Program-made: the position numbers and the translations under genes
DNA from: Acidobacteriota bacterium
GTDB lineage: Bacteria > Acidobacteriota > UBA890 > WLXD01
Assembly (NCBI GenBank): GCA_965205505.1
Contig: CBDBHB010000009.1
Coordinates: 224,001 to 288,000, forward strand
Length of the DNA: 64,000 nucleotides
Direction: 5' to 3'
The notes under the pieces: generated by a model
Database searches by the model: none
What the model saw: the letters and a program-made list of their open reading frames with translations, nothing else
Told to the model about the DNA's origin: nothing
Shown: piece by piece, positions 31,919-42,699 of the stretch
Numbering within the stretch: the stretch's first letter is position 1
Layout of the letters: each line of letters begins with the position of its first letter

Positions 31919-32133
31919 TCACCGCCGAGCGCGACGTGCAACCAGACGCCTTCGGCTCCATCCCGGCCGCGCTGTGGTGGTCCGTCGTCACTCTGACGAC
32001 GGTCGGATACGGAGACGTGATCCCGGTAACACCGGTGGGACGGGTGTTCACGGGGGTAATCGTGCTGCTAGGAATTGGCGTTGTCGCCGTTCCTACCGGT
32101 CTGATTGCGTCGGGGCTGGCAGCAACGAAATAG
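31919..32133 (+). pseudogene. Potassium channel pore-region remnant, paralog of 26791..27402
   Basis: WWSVVTLTTVGYGD; 5' part removed at the IS3 end. Confidence 0.88.
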
Positions 32134-32143
32134 GAAGAAATAC

Positions 32144-32306
32144 GATGGCAAGTCTACCCAAGCGTGTAGAGGCTCGAATCACCAAGGGCCTGAAGCGTTT
32201 TCAGCCCGTGCTCTTGTCGGCTCAATCCCGAGACGTAAACGAGTCCGACACGTCTCTCATCGTAGCCGACATGCTCCAGGACATCTGGGGCTACGACAAA
32301 TGGTGA
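32144..32306 (+). pseudogene. HsdR_N-like nuclease 5' remnant, paralog of 25963..26742
   Basis: MASLPKRVEARITKGLKRFQPVL..RDVNESDT..GYDK, then truncated. Confidence 0.85.
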
Positions 32307-32603
32307 TGCCCGGCCAGCCTGAAGGCGCTAAGGAGGGCGTGGAGCGGCTGGCCAGCGGAGCGGGAGGGCTAGTGCGACCTGTCACGATCCTTGAGCCGAT
32401 CTATTTGCTCGCAATCCTCGTAAACATCGTACCGCTGTATGTCGTTTATTTCCGCTGAGAAGGGCAGAATACGCCGAAACGTCAGGGTGGTTCAAAAGCG
32501 CTCGAAACGGATTTGAAGTTCGCGGAAGGAGCACTCGGATAACCCGGAAGCCACCGCCTGTTGCACAGCTGCCCTGAGGCGGGCATCGAGGGTTAGTATC
32601 GAG

Positions 32604-32790
32604 CTACTCACACTCGTCCTTGAGGACGATCCGTCCGTAGCCGTAGGCGGACAACTTGACGTACATGCCGCCGAGCATGACCTGCGCCGCGATCTGGCCC
32701 CGCTCGGCGGCCAACTGATACCAGCGCATGGCTTCGGCAGCGTGCTGGGCGGACGCCCCGCCCAGCTTCGTTCCTGCCGCCGGGAACGGC
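32604..32790 (-). pseudogene. Sel1-repeat fragment
   Basis: AEAMRWYQLAAERGQIAAQVMLGGMY. Confidence 0.65.
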
Positions 32791-32970
32791 TCGCCATTGC
32801 GATGATCGATGCAGCGGGCTGACACGGTTGGCGGGTGGTCTAGACGACAGAATTCGCGACCGTTTTGTTAACTATTTGTTAACTTTCGCCGTCGAAACGG
32901 CGGAAATGGACCGAGACGAAATGCCCCGTCCCCATCGGTATCTTCTTATTTTGAAAGAGGTTAAACCGAA

Positions 32971-33026
32971 GTACCCAAGGAGGGACTTGAACCCTCACGG
33001 GCTTGCACCCACTAGGTCCTGAACCT
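32971..33026 (-). pseudogene. 3' half of tRNA-Leu(CAG), att-site duplication 2
   Basis: AGGTTCAGGACCTAGTGGGTGCAAGCCCGTGAGGGTTCAAGTCCCTCCTTGGGTAC. Confidence 0.88.
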
Positions 33027-33082
33027 GAGTTCATGCTCTGCGGCGGCTTGACAAACCTGGAAAGCAGCACGATAGGCTGCTA

Positions 33083-34273
33083 GTGAACTCCACCCGAAGC
33101 TGCCGATCTCCCCGGAGTCCACCCGTGCCGAAGAGCCTACCAACAGTCACGCCACGGATCGTGTTGCCAGCCCTCGGGGTGTTGATCGGTGTCCTCGGAC
33201 CCGCCTTCCTGCTCTCCGATCCAGGGACGATCGCCGGCCTCCGTGAAACGTTTCTGACCCGGCAGCCGGAACCCATCGTGGCAACGTTGCGGTCGAGTGC
33301 AAGCGCCGGCTGTGGCAAGGCACCGCCGACGCAACCCGGCGCCACAGAGACGCTGACGTTGACCTACGATGGCCTCGAACGCACGTACAACGTGCATCTG
33401 CCGCCGAGCTACAAGCCTAGCAAGCGCCACAGCCTCGTGCTGGCCTTTCACGGCTACAGCAGCAGCGCCAGGGTTGCAGAGCACGGAACCGGTATGAGCC
33501 TGCATGCCGATGCCAAGGGGTACATCGCCGTGTACCCGGAATCGACGCGCTTCCGTGTCGGTGGATCTCGGCGGATTTCGTCGTGGAACGACGGCGCATG
33601 CGCCAGTTCCCCGGGTCCCGAGGGACCGACCTGTACCGCTGACTCGTTCCAATATCCGTTTCCCGATGAATGCGGTCCGGCTCGATGTAACTGGTGCAAT
33701 TGTGTCGACGATGTCGGTTTCGTCGCTGCCATGCTCGACGAAATCGAGAATGCCTACTGCATCAATACGCGTCGGATCTACGCGACCGGCTTGAGCAACG
33801 GCGGCATGTTCGTACAACGGATGGCATGCGACCTAGCGGACCGCTTCGCTGCCGTATCCCCGTCGCACGGACAGCTACACGTCGGGTTCAACTGTGCGCC
33901 GTCCGAGCCCATGTCGATGATGAGCGTGTGGGGCAAGCGCGACCGGATCGTACCCGGCGCTGGTGAGGTCAGCTCCGACGGTTATCTGTACACGCCGGTG
34001 GCCGAGGTGACGGAGATCTTCGCCGGTCCTGAGTCACAGAGATGCGATGTGACCGACACAGCCTACAGAAGCCCGGCCGATGGCGTTCGGGGGTGGGCCT
34101 GTACACAGCGCGCCAACTGCGCCCGCAGGCGTCAGGTGGTGGCGTGTTCCTGGAACGGTGGCCATCGCTGGCCGGTATACGACGACGGTGTGTACTTCGG
34201 GCTCGATACCGTCTGGCGTTTCTTCAAGAAGAACCGCAAACCGCCGGAAAAGCTCCCCGCCGCTCGCCGGTAG
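33083..34273 (+). CDS. PHB depolymerase / LpqC-like alpha/beta esterase, Cys-rich
   Basis: LAFHG, DDVGFV, GLSNGG and GGHRWP motifs; exact start uncertain. Confidence 0.85.
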   Translation: MNSTRSCRSPRSPPVPKSLPTVTPRIVLPALGVLIGVLGPAFLLSDPGTIAGLRETFLTRQPEPIVATLRSSASAGCGKAPPTQPGATETLTLTYDGLERTYNVHLPPSYKPSKRHSLVLAFHGYSSSARVAEHGTGMSLHADAKGYIAVYPESTRFRVGGSRRISSWNDGACASSPGPEGPTCTADSFQYPFPDECGPARCNWCNCVDDVGFVAAMLDEIENAYCINTRRIYATGLSNGGMFVQRMACDLADRFAAVSPSHGQLHVGFNCAPSEPMSMMSVWGKRDRIVPGAGEVSSDGYLYTPVAEVTEIFAGPESQRCDVTDTAYRSPADGVRGWACTQRANCARRRQVVACSWNGGHRWPVYDDGVYFGLDTVWRFFKKNRKPPEKLPAARR

Positions 34274-34324
34274 CATCTCCACTCGAGCATCTGTTGCCAG
34301 TTGTACTGCCCAACGCGGTGCCGC

Positions 34325-34511
34325 TGTTTCGAAGGTCGAGTGTCCGGGCACTCGCTGCGGGTCGGCTCGGCACAGTCACTCGCCGCCGCTGGTGCTGGCC
34401 TGGTCGAAATGCAGGCTGGCCGGGTGGCTCTCGCCGACCATGCCGGCTCGCTACGCACGCGGCGAGCTTGCCGCTCGAGGTGCAGTGGCTAGGCTGCGCT
34501 ACGGAGCCTAG
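34325..34511 (+). pseudogene. Tyrosine recombinase C-terminal remnant (Cre-like)
   Basis: SGHSLRVGSAQSL..AG, then frameshifted W.SP.MPARYARG containing the catalytic Tyr. Confidence 0.8.
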
Positions 34512-34600
34512 TAGACGGGCTCTCGACAGGTACTTTGGCCTACGCCGCCGGATGCCGTGCGGTCATCGTCAAGTGACGTCGGAAGCTCGCTGAGCTGAGC

Positions 34601-35902
34601 CAGAGGTGGACCCCGAAATTCGGACAGCTTGCTAAGGTGGAATCCAGACCAAGGAGAAGGAGTCTGGAATGCCACGGAAGAGACGAAGTTATCCTGCTGA
34701 GCTGAAGGCGAAGGTCGCTTTGGAGGCGCTTCGGGAGGAAGCGACGATGGCGGAGCTGGCAGCCCGCTACGATGTGCATCCGAACCTGATCGCCAACTGG
34801 AAGAAGAAGGCTCGGCAGAAGGTACTGGCCGGCTTCTCGGGCAAGCAAGAGCGGGATGAGGTCTCTCGGGAGGCGGAGATCAAGGAGCTGCGGGCGAAGA
34901 TCGGAGAGCTCGTCATCGAGCGGGATTTTTTATCCAAGGTCTTCGGTCGTTGAGCCGCGGCCGGAGAGTAGCGATGGTTGATCGCGACCACGCACGGGTC
35001 AGCATCGCGCGACAGTGCTGCTTGGTGTCGATCGCGCGCTCGTCGTTCTACTACGAGGGCAAGGGCGAGAGCCCGTTGAACCTGCGCCTGATGCGGTTGA
35101 TCGACGAGCAGTTTTTGGAGACGCCGTTCTACGGCTCCCGTCAGATGAAACGCTGGCTACGTCGTCAGGGCTACACGGTCTCTCGCAAGCGGGTGCGCCG
35201 CCTGATGCGGCTGCTGCGGTTGCAAGCTATCTTCCAGCGGCCCAGGACGTCTCAGCCGCACCCGGAGCACAGGATCTATCCCTACCTGCTGGGCGATCTG
35301 CAGATCACGCGACCGAACCACGTTTGGTGTGCGGATGTGACCTACATCCCGCTGCAGCGAGGTTTTCTGTACCTGGTTGCGGTGATGGACTGGGCGAGCC
35401 GCAAGGTGCTGTCCTGGCGCCTGTCCAACACGCTCGATGCGAGCTTCTGCGTCGAGGCCTTGCAAGAGGCTCTCGAGCGCTACGGTGCGCCCGAGATCTT
35501 CAACACTGATCAGGGTAGCCAATTCACCAGCGTCGACTTCACCGACGCGCTCAAGGAGGCCGACATTCGGATCTCCATGGACGGCACGGGCCGCTGGATG
35601 GACAACGTCTTCATCGAGCGGCTATGGCGATCACTGAAATACGAGCAAGTCTATCTGTCAGAGTACGCGACTGGCTCCGAGGCTCGGGCCGGGATCGGCT
35701 GCTGGATGGACTTCTACAACGAGCGCCGACCGCACTCGTCGCTCGACGACCGGACGCCCGAGGAGGCGTACACTGACGACGGGGCTGAAAGGAGCCTGGG
35801 GCTACGCCCCGTCTCCTGTCAGCCCAAGGCAGCCTGAATCATGAACCCGGATTCCACCTTAGCTGTGACCCAAACCTGTCCAAAGGATGGGGTCCACCTC
35901 TG
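34601..35902 (+). mobile_element. IS3-family element, copy 2 (orfA 34669..34953, orfB 34950..35837)
   Basis: Direct repeat of 30617..31918; two differences seen, one causing Gly>Asp. Confidence 0.95.
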
Positions 35903-35947
35903 ACTGCCGCTTTTGAGCCAGGTTGCCGACCCCAACGACTAAGGCAG

Positions 35948-37762
35948 CTCACTGTGCAGACAGGAACTCCTGGACCGTACGCGACGCCTGTTCCTGCCTG
36001 CCCTCTCTGCCAACGTGGGGTGAGACGATGGAAGTTGGATAATTACTGACCCACGGGGCGGCTCGGAGTGGCACAGATGTTGGAGTTGGAGAATAACGGA
36101 ACAGGTAAGCAGGTCGTTGGATCTGCGGCGGAGGGACGCGTAGGCGACCGGAGACGCAGATCCAACGATCGCGCCTCGAAGATACCGGATCCGGAACTGG
36201 TGGAACGCCCGCGTCGGCGCAAGTTCAGCGCCGAGTACAAGCTTCGCGTTGTGGGCGAAGCGGATCGATGCACCAAGGCCGGCGAGGTCGGCTCGCTGTT
36301 GCGCCGCGAAGGGCTGTACTCGTCGCATCTGTCGGAGTGGCGCAAGCAACGTGACGCCGGGGCGCTGGTGGCGCTCACCAAGAAGCGAGGTCGACCGGCG
36401 ACGGATCCCCGAGACGCGAAGATCGCCAACCTGCGCGGCCGCCTCGAGCGCACCGAGGCGGAACTCGAGAAAGCACGGCGGGTGATCCAAGTGCAGGGAA
36501 ACGTCTCCGCGCTTCTGGGGGATCTGCTCGATCCCAGGGGCGCGAACGGGAGTACCAAGAAATGATCGAGCAGACCGTCCAGGAGCTCACGCCCATCATC
36601 GGGACGCGCCCAGCATGCCGGTCTCTGGGAGTGTCGCCAGCAACGATGTATCGACGACGTCGGCCACCCGTGCCAACAGTGAGCCGTCCTGGAGCGAAGC
36701 CTGCCAGGGCACTCTCGGACACGGAGCGCGAGCAGGTGCTGGCCGAGCTGCACAGCGAGCGGTTCCAGGACTGCGCGCCAGCCCAGGTATGGGCGACGCT
36801 GTTGGACGAGGGCCGCTACCTGGCCTCGGAGCGCACGATCTACAGAATCCTCGCCGCCGAGGGCGAGGGACGGGAGCGACGCAACCAGCTCGTTCATCCA
36901 CCTTACTACAAGCCCGAGTTGCTGGCTGAACAACCCAACGACTTGTGGAGCTGGGACATCTCGAAACTGCTGGGGCCCAGCAAGTGGACCTACTTGTACC
37001 TGTACGTAGTGCTGGACGTGTTCAGCCGCTACGTAGTCGGGTGGAGCGTGCAACACCGCGAGAGCGGTCCTCTCGCCAAGCAGCTCATCGGCCAGGCCAT
37101 CGAGTAACAGCGGATCACGCCTGGCCAACTCACCCTGCATGCTGACCGCGGCAGCTCGATGAGGTCCAAGCCCGTTGCCTTCCTGCTCGCTGATCTGGGC
37201 GTCACCAAGACGCACTCAAGGCCGTATACGTCATCGGATAATCCGTACTCGGAGGCTCACTTCAGGACGCTCAAGTACCGGCCGGAGTTCCCGGCGCGGT
37301 TCGACTCCATCCAGCAGGCTCGCAGCTTCTGCCGCGCCTTCTTCCATTGGTATAACCACTGCCACCGTCACTCCGGCATCGGCCTGGTGACTCCAGCGAC
37401 CATGCACCACGGCCTCGCCCAGGCGGTCCAGCACAAGCGCGCCGAAGTTCTTCTGGCGGCCTTCCGCGCGCGGCCCGAGCGCTTCGTCAGCAGCGTGCCT
37501 CAACCACCGCCGGTGCCCACCGTGGCCTGGATCAACAAACCCGCCAGCATGGAGAATGCTCACTAATTTACGAAACCCACCGTCTCATCCGCGTTGACAG
37601 GCACCGCTGTCGGGCGGGTAGCCGTGCCTGCGCAGGATCCGCTTAACCAGTATGCGGAGGTTGCGCGCGTACGTTCTCCCGCAGCGTCCAGTCGATCGTG
37701 ACGTCGCCGCGCACGGTCTGCACCAGCTTGCGGACAATACTGCGCAGAATCTCGTCAGTCAC
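35948..37762 (-). pseudogene. Type I restriction HsdR C-terminal (DUF3387-like) remnant split by the IS at 36001..37606
   Basis: [25 protein letters not shown] | RQEQASRTV rejoins across the IS. Confidence 0.8.
36001..37606 (+). mobile_element. IS3-like element (orfA 36068..36565; orfB 36562..37566 with TAA at 37105)
   Basis: WSWDI, HADRG and DNPYSEA DDE motifs; CTG duplicated at 35998-36000 and 37607-37609; IRs start at 36008 and end at 37599. Confidence 0.9.
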
Positions 37763-38120
37763 CTCGCTGTGTTGAGCCAACTATGACCTCGAACCTTCTC
37801 GCAATCCTGCGATCGGAACGACCCCGATGCTCGCGGCGGCTCTTGCGGTCGAGTGAGGGGCAACAGCGCAACGGATTTTCGCAGATTGCGCTTCCATTAA
37901 CCGAGCCCTCAGGCGAAGGACTGGGGCCCCACCCTTTGCTTTCGGCTCTCCTGTCGGTTTCTCTAGCTGCTGCTGTCTCGCTGCTGTGTCTTCTGCTTAG
38001 GCCTTTTCATTAGTCTTCCGTTTCCTACCGCGGTCTCGGCGGCAGTAGCGCTAGGCCGCGCTGGCGCGACCCTTCTATCCTAATTCGGCCGAAGCCCCCA
38101 ATGCCTCTGGAAAGCTCCCT

Positions 38121-39593
38121 GTGGCTACCTGTAACGCGATCCGAAACACGGTAGGGGGGAATTTCTGTCGAATACAGATCGGTCCTTTAGGATCGATCCT
38201 GCAGACAGCAAGAGTTCGCACATTCCGTACAATGTTCGCCACGATTGCGCCGAGCGAGAGCGAACGGTACCTTTCCCCCGGGGCCGGGGAACAGCCGGAG
38301 GGACGCGAAGAGCCCGCGCGCGTGGGAACAATGCCCGGCCATCCTACCGGTCACTCTATAAGGACGCCCCCAGAGCGGTACAGCTTTCCAAGAAACTCTG
38401 CGCACCGGGCGACTAATGAGGTGCCGCGGCAGAATTCGGGTAGTCTATCATCGCAGCTGTCGACCAACCCCACGCACACGGGACCGAGCTTGGCACCCAC
38501 ATACCCGCAAAGACCCTTCTCCCGGAAACCGTGGCCGCTGCTGGCGTGCCTGCCCCTGCTTTTGTGGGGATCGGGGCCGCGTCCAGATAGTGCCGCCGTC
38601 GAGGGTAGCGACGGCATCGAAGTGCTCTATGTCGCCAACCGGATGGAGGGGACGATCTCCGTCATCCAGGTGCCGAGCTTCGAGGTGATCGGCAAGTTCG
38701 ACGCGCTGCCCGACATTCCGGCCGACCAGCGACCAGAGGGCGGGCTGGTTTACGACCTGGTGGCGTCGAGCATGGGCGAGGTGTTGTACGTGGCTCGCGA
38801 CGAGGTCCGCGACGTCGCGGCGTTCAGCACGGCGACCGAGGAGCTGCTGTGGCGTCTGCCGGTGGGTGGCATTGCCGATCACATGGCTTTGTCGCACGAA
38901 GGGCGCTACCTGTTCGTCTCGGTGATCAGCGAGAGCCACGCAGTCGTGATCGACACCGTCGAGCGCGCAGTCGTCGGCAAGATCCATACCGGCATCGGCC
39001 CGCACGGCATGCACATGTCACCTGACGGCAATCGTGTGTATAACGGTTGCATACTGTGTGATCAGATCACGATCGCCGATGCCAGTACGTTCGAGGTCAT
39101 CCGGACGATTCAGTTCGATGAAGGCGTGCTCCCGTTCGCCGTCACGGCTGATGAAGAAACGATGTTCATTCAACTCACCAAGCTACACGGGTTCGTCGTA
39201 CTCGACTTGGAAACCGATCACGTCGCCAAGACCATCCATCTACCGGTGCCCGACGGTGTAGAGCACATGAAGACCTGGCCTCACACCGCTCACCATGGTC
39301 TAGCGCTGACGCCCGATGAGACGCGGCTTTGCCTAGCTAGTACGGTGGGACACTACGTTGGGATCGTCTCGGTGCAAGGGCTGGATCTTCTGGCCACGAT
39401 TCCTATCGGTCGCGAGCCCTACTGGGTGACCGCGAGCCTCGACAGCGGGTACTGCTACGCCAGCGCGCGTTACGACGACAACGTCTCGATCATCTCGCTC
39501 GCTGAAGAACGAGAGGTCGCCCGTCTCGAGCTCGGTGACTACCCGTTCGGCATGTTGACGGTACGTATTCCCGAAAGGCAGGTCGGTCGCTAG
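38121..39593 (+). CDS. YncE/YVTN-type beta-propeller protein (true start probably downstream)
   Basis: LYVANR, repeated V.VID / G..P..SPDG..Y blades; several His residues. Confidence 0.8.
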   Translation: MATCNAIRNTVGGNFCRIQIGPLGSILQTARVRTFRTMFATIAPSESERYLSPGAGEQPEGREEPARVGTMPGHPTGHSIRTPPERYSFPRNSAHRATNEVPRQNSGSLSSQLSTNPTHTGPSLAPTYPQRPFSRKPWPLLACLPLLLWGSGPRPDSAAVEGSDGIEVLYVANRMEGTISVIQVPSFEVIGKFDALPDIPADQRPEGGLVYDLVASSMGEVLYVARDEVRDVAAFSTATEELLWRLPVGGIADHMALSHEGRYLFVSVISESHAVVIDTVERAVVGKIHTGIGPHGMHMSPDGNRVYNGCILCDQITIADASTFEVIRTIQFDEGVLPFAVTADEETMFIQLTKLHGFVVLDLETDHVAKTIHLPVPDGVEHMKTWPHTAHHGLALTPDETRLCLASTVGHYVGIVSVQGLDLLATIPIGREPYWVTASLDSGYCYASARYDDNVSIISLAEEREVARLELGDYPFGMLTVRIPERQVGR

Positions 39594-40774
39594 TCTCCTG
39601 AGTTATAAATTCGTTTAATAATAAAGGCATGGTTCATCTTCCTGTTACCGACACTGCAGGAGACCTTATGCCCAGAGGCCGCCCTATCGCGCCGGTCGAT
39701 CTCAACGACCAGGATCGCGACATTCTCCAGCGCTGGGTTCGCAGACCCAAGAGCGCGCAAGCGCTCGCTTTGAGGGCCCGGATCATCCTCACCGTGGCCG
39801 AGGGCTCCTCCAACACCACGGCTGCCGAGCAACTCGGCATCACCATCCAGACGGTCGGCAAGTGGCGCAAGCGGTTTCAAGACCAAGGTGTGGACGGGTT
39901 GCTGGACGCGCCGCGTCCTGGGGTCCAGCGCACCATCACCGACCAGGACGTCGAACGAGTCCTGACCCTGACCCTGGAGAGCCAGCCGCAGGCCGCCACC
40001 CACTGGTCCACTCGTTCCATGGCCCAGCGGTGCGGTCTGAGCGAGAGTGCCGTCAGCCGGATCTGGAGAGCTTTTGCACTGCAGCCACATCGGTCCGAGA
40101 CCTTCAAGCTGTCTAACGACCCGTTGTTCATCGACAAGGTCCGTGACATCGTCGGACTGTACCTGAGTCCTCCCGAAAGGGCCGTGGTCCTGTGTGTCGA
40201 CGAGAAGTCTCAGATCCAGGCGCTGGACCGCAGCCAGCCGCTGGACCGCAGCCAGCCGCTGTTGCCCATGCGTCCCGGCCAGATCGAGCGCCGCACCCAT
40301 GACTACGTCCGGCACGGCACCACGTCCCTATTCGCCGCCCTGGATGCAAAGACAGGAGAGATCCTTGCCCAGTGCCATCGTCGGCATCGTGCCGTGGAGT
40401 TCAGGAAGTTCCTCCGGTGCATCGACCAGGCCGTGCCCGAGGATCTGGACGTGCACTTGATCTTGGACAATTACGCCACCCACAAGAGCCCGATGATCCA
40501 TCAATGGTTGGTGAAGCGCCCACGTTTCCATCTGCACTTCACTCCCACCTATTCCTCCTGGCGCAACATGATCGAACGCTGGTTCGCCGCTCTGACCGAG
40601 AAGCAACTCCGGCGCCGTGTGCATCGCTCTACCCGCGATCTTGAACTTGCCATCGAACGCTTTGTCGACTCCACCAATGCTCAGTCCCAGCCGTTCATCT
40701 GGACCAAGACTGCCGACCAGATCCTAGATTCCATCGCCCGATTTTGTATGCGAACTTCTGACTCAGGACACTAG
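39591..40774 (+). mobile_element. IS630-family element, transposase ~39668..40774
   Basis: IRs TAGTCTCCTGAGTTATAAATTCG / TAGTGTCCTGAGTCAGAAGTTCG; CVDEKSQ, LDNYATH and IERWF motifs; CTAG at both ends; 18-bp internal duplication (LDRSQP x2). Confidence 0.95.
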
Positions 40775-40807
40775 CAGACCCCGTCACTTTCCACGACGGC
40801 CTGCTAG
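40771..40807. repeat. CTAG-bounded hairpin repeat, copy D, at the IS630 target
   Basis: ctagcagaccccgtcactttccacgacggcctgctag. Confidence 0.75.
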
Positions 40808-41036
40808 GACAGATAACGTTTTCCGAGGCATCCTATTCGAAGCCCAGATCAGGGTTGAGGCGTCCGCCGCCGCTCATCTGCTGGCCGGCGAGGTACCCGT
40901 CGCCGCACTGAAGTCCGAGTAGGAAACGACCCCCGGTCGGCTACCGCTTCGTCAAGCTCCTCAGCCACTGACCGACTATGTGTGTGGGCCGCGCCGTCAC
41001 CCCGCCCCCCGGTCGACCGCCCTCGCGCTCGGCGCC

Positions 41037-41270
41037 ATGGCACGGGTCGTCTGGTGCGAGGGCGGGGAGCCGTACCTGTTCTCAGCCAACATCTGGAGCA
41101 TGCGCAACTCGCAGCACCTGGCCGATCCGTACACAGTGCCGCACATGCTCCACGGGGTGGCGTTCCACACGCTGCTGTGGATGATCGTCGGCAACAAGCT
41201 GTCGAGCGCCTGGCGCTTCGTCATGGCGTTGGGAATCGAGACCGTCTGGGAGGTTTTCGAGAACACGCCG
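41037..41270 (+). pseudogene. DUF2585-like membrane protein fragment
   Basis: NSQHLADPYT..H..HG and WEVFENTP motifs. Confidence 0.65.
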
Positions 41271-41279
41271 CGAGCAACT

Positions 41280-42614
41280 GCATCCTGGCCTGACCCGACA
41301 ACGACACGGACACGCCGGAGGCGCGCTTCCGTATGGAGAACGAGCCCTGGATCTTCGGCATGCTGCGGCACCAGCTCAACGACGCCTTCTGGCAGCGCAT
41401 GTCGCTGCGCCCCAACTACGAGCATCCCGCGCATGCTCGAGCACATGTCGGTGCCACAGCGCGCCATCATCGGTCGGCCCAGGCCGCGGTTCAACATCCG
41501 CCCGGAGGTGCTGCGCGGGTGGGACCACCGGCTCACGGGCAACGACACCGGAATGGAGGAGCCGGTGCTGGCGATGTACGTAAACGAGTTGTACAAGCCG
41601 AGCCTGGAGATCGAGAGCATCCCGGGACATTGGCGCGCCACCGAGTGGCCGCCCAAGGGCATCGAGGAGGTCGCTCTGTATCCGCAGCCCCAGGGCGTGC
41701 TGTCCCGGCGTCGGACCTCAGACCATGTGTCTGAGCTCGATTACAAGGCGACCGTGGGTTTGACCAACCGCTACCGGTGCCCGCATAACTCGGCCGAGTT
41801 GCCGATCGATCAGCTAGCGGACGACGCCTGCTCGATAGCGTACCACACCGAGCCGCTGAATGAGAGTGTGGAGAGGTGCCCGAGGGCGGTGCTGCACGTG
41901 TCGGCGAGCGCGCCGTTGGCCAACTGGATCGTGCGGTTATGCGACGTGGCGCCCGACGGCACCTCGACGCTGGTGTCCAAAGGCATTCTCAACGGTGCGC
42001 ATCGCGACTCCAACATCGAGCCGTCGCCGCTGGTGCCGGACGAGGTGTACGAGCTGGAGTTCAACCTCAAGTCGATGTCGTGGGTGTTTCCACCGGGGCA
42101 CCGGATCCGGGTGGCCGTATGCAACGCCGACTTCCCGAACCTTTGGCCGACGCCCTAGGATGAGCACCAAGCTGTTCGTCGATGCGGCGTGGCCGTTCGA
42201 GAGTGGTGTTGCCGGTGGTGCCGGCGGGCACACCCGAGCTGCCGTACGAGCCGCCCGAGGTGGCGCCGCGGCCGTCTGGCGGAAGCTCAGAAGGCGGACC
42301 GAAGGATCGCTGGGAGATCACGCGCGACGAGATGGCGCAGACGGTGACGGTGTTCCGCGAGACGGATTAGTCCGGCATGGTGGAGCGGCGCTGGTGCACG
42401 GTCAACGATCGGGAACCGGCTCGCGCGACGATCCGGTGTGAGGGGAGCGCCACGGCGAACGCTGAGCGCCGCGAGATCGTGTGCAGATCCCTGGATGACC
42501 ATCGAGAGCGACGAGAAGACGGTCGAGATCAACGCGCGGCTGGAGCTGCGCGTCAGCGGCGAACTGCAATACGAAAAAGACTGCGCCGAGGTCATTCCGC
42601 GAGATCTCGCCTAG
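41280..42614 (+). pseudogene. CocE/NonD family hydrolase C-terminal remnant with frameshifts and stops
   Basis: DAFWQRMS, VRLCDVAPDGTSTLVSKG and FPPGHRIRVAV..DFPNLWP motifs. Confidence 0.8.
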
Positions 42615-42699
42615 ACGCGACAACGATCACGGCAGGTCCCGGTGTGGCGGACAGGCACGGGCCAGGATGACGCGCCCGCCGGCCACCGCGTCGTCGTGG

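Noticed and set aside
40980-42158. 392-aa novel fusion protein
   Set aside because: A patchwork of DUF2585 and CocE/NonD remnants joined through out-of-frame sequence.
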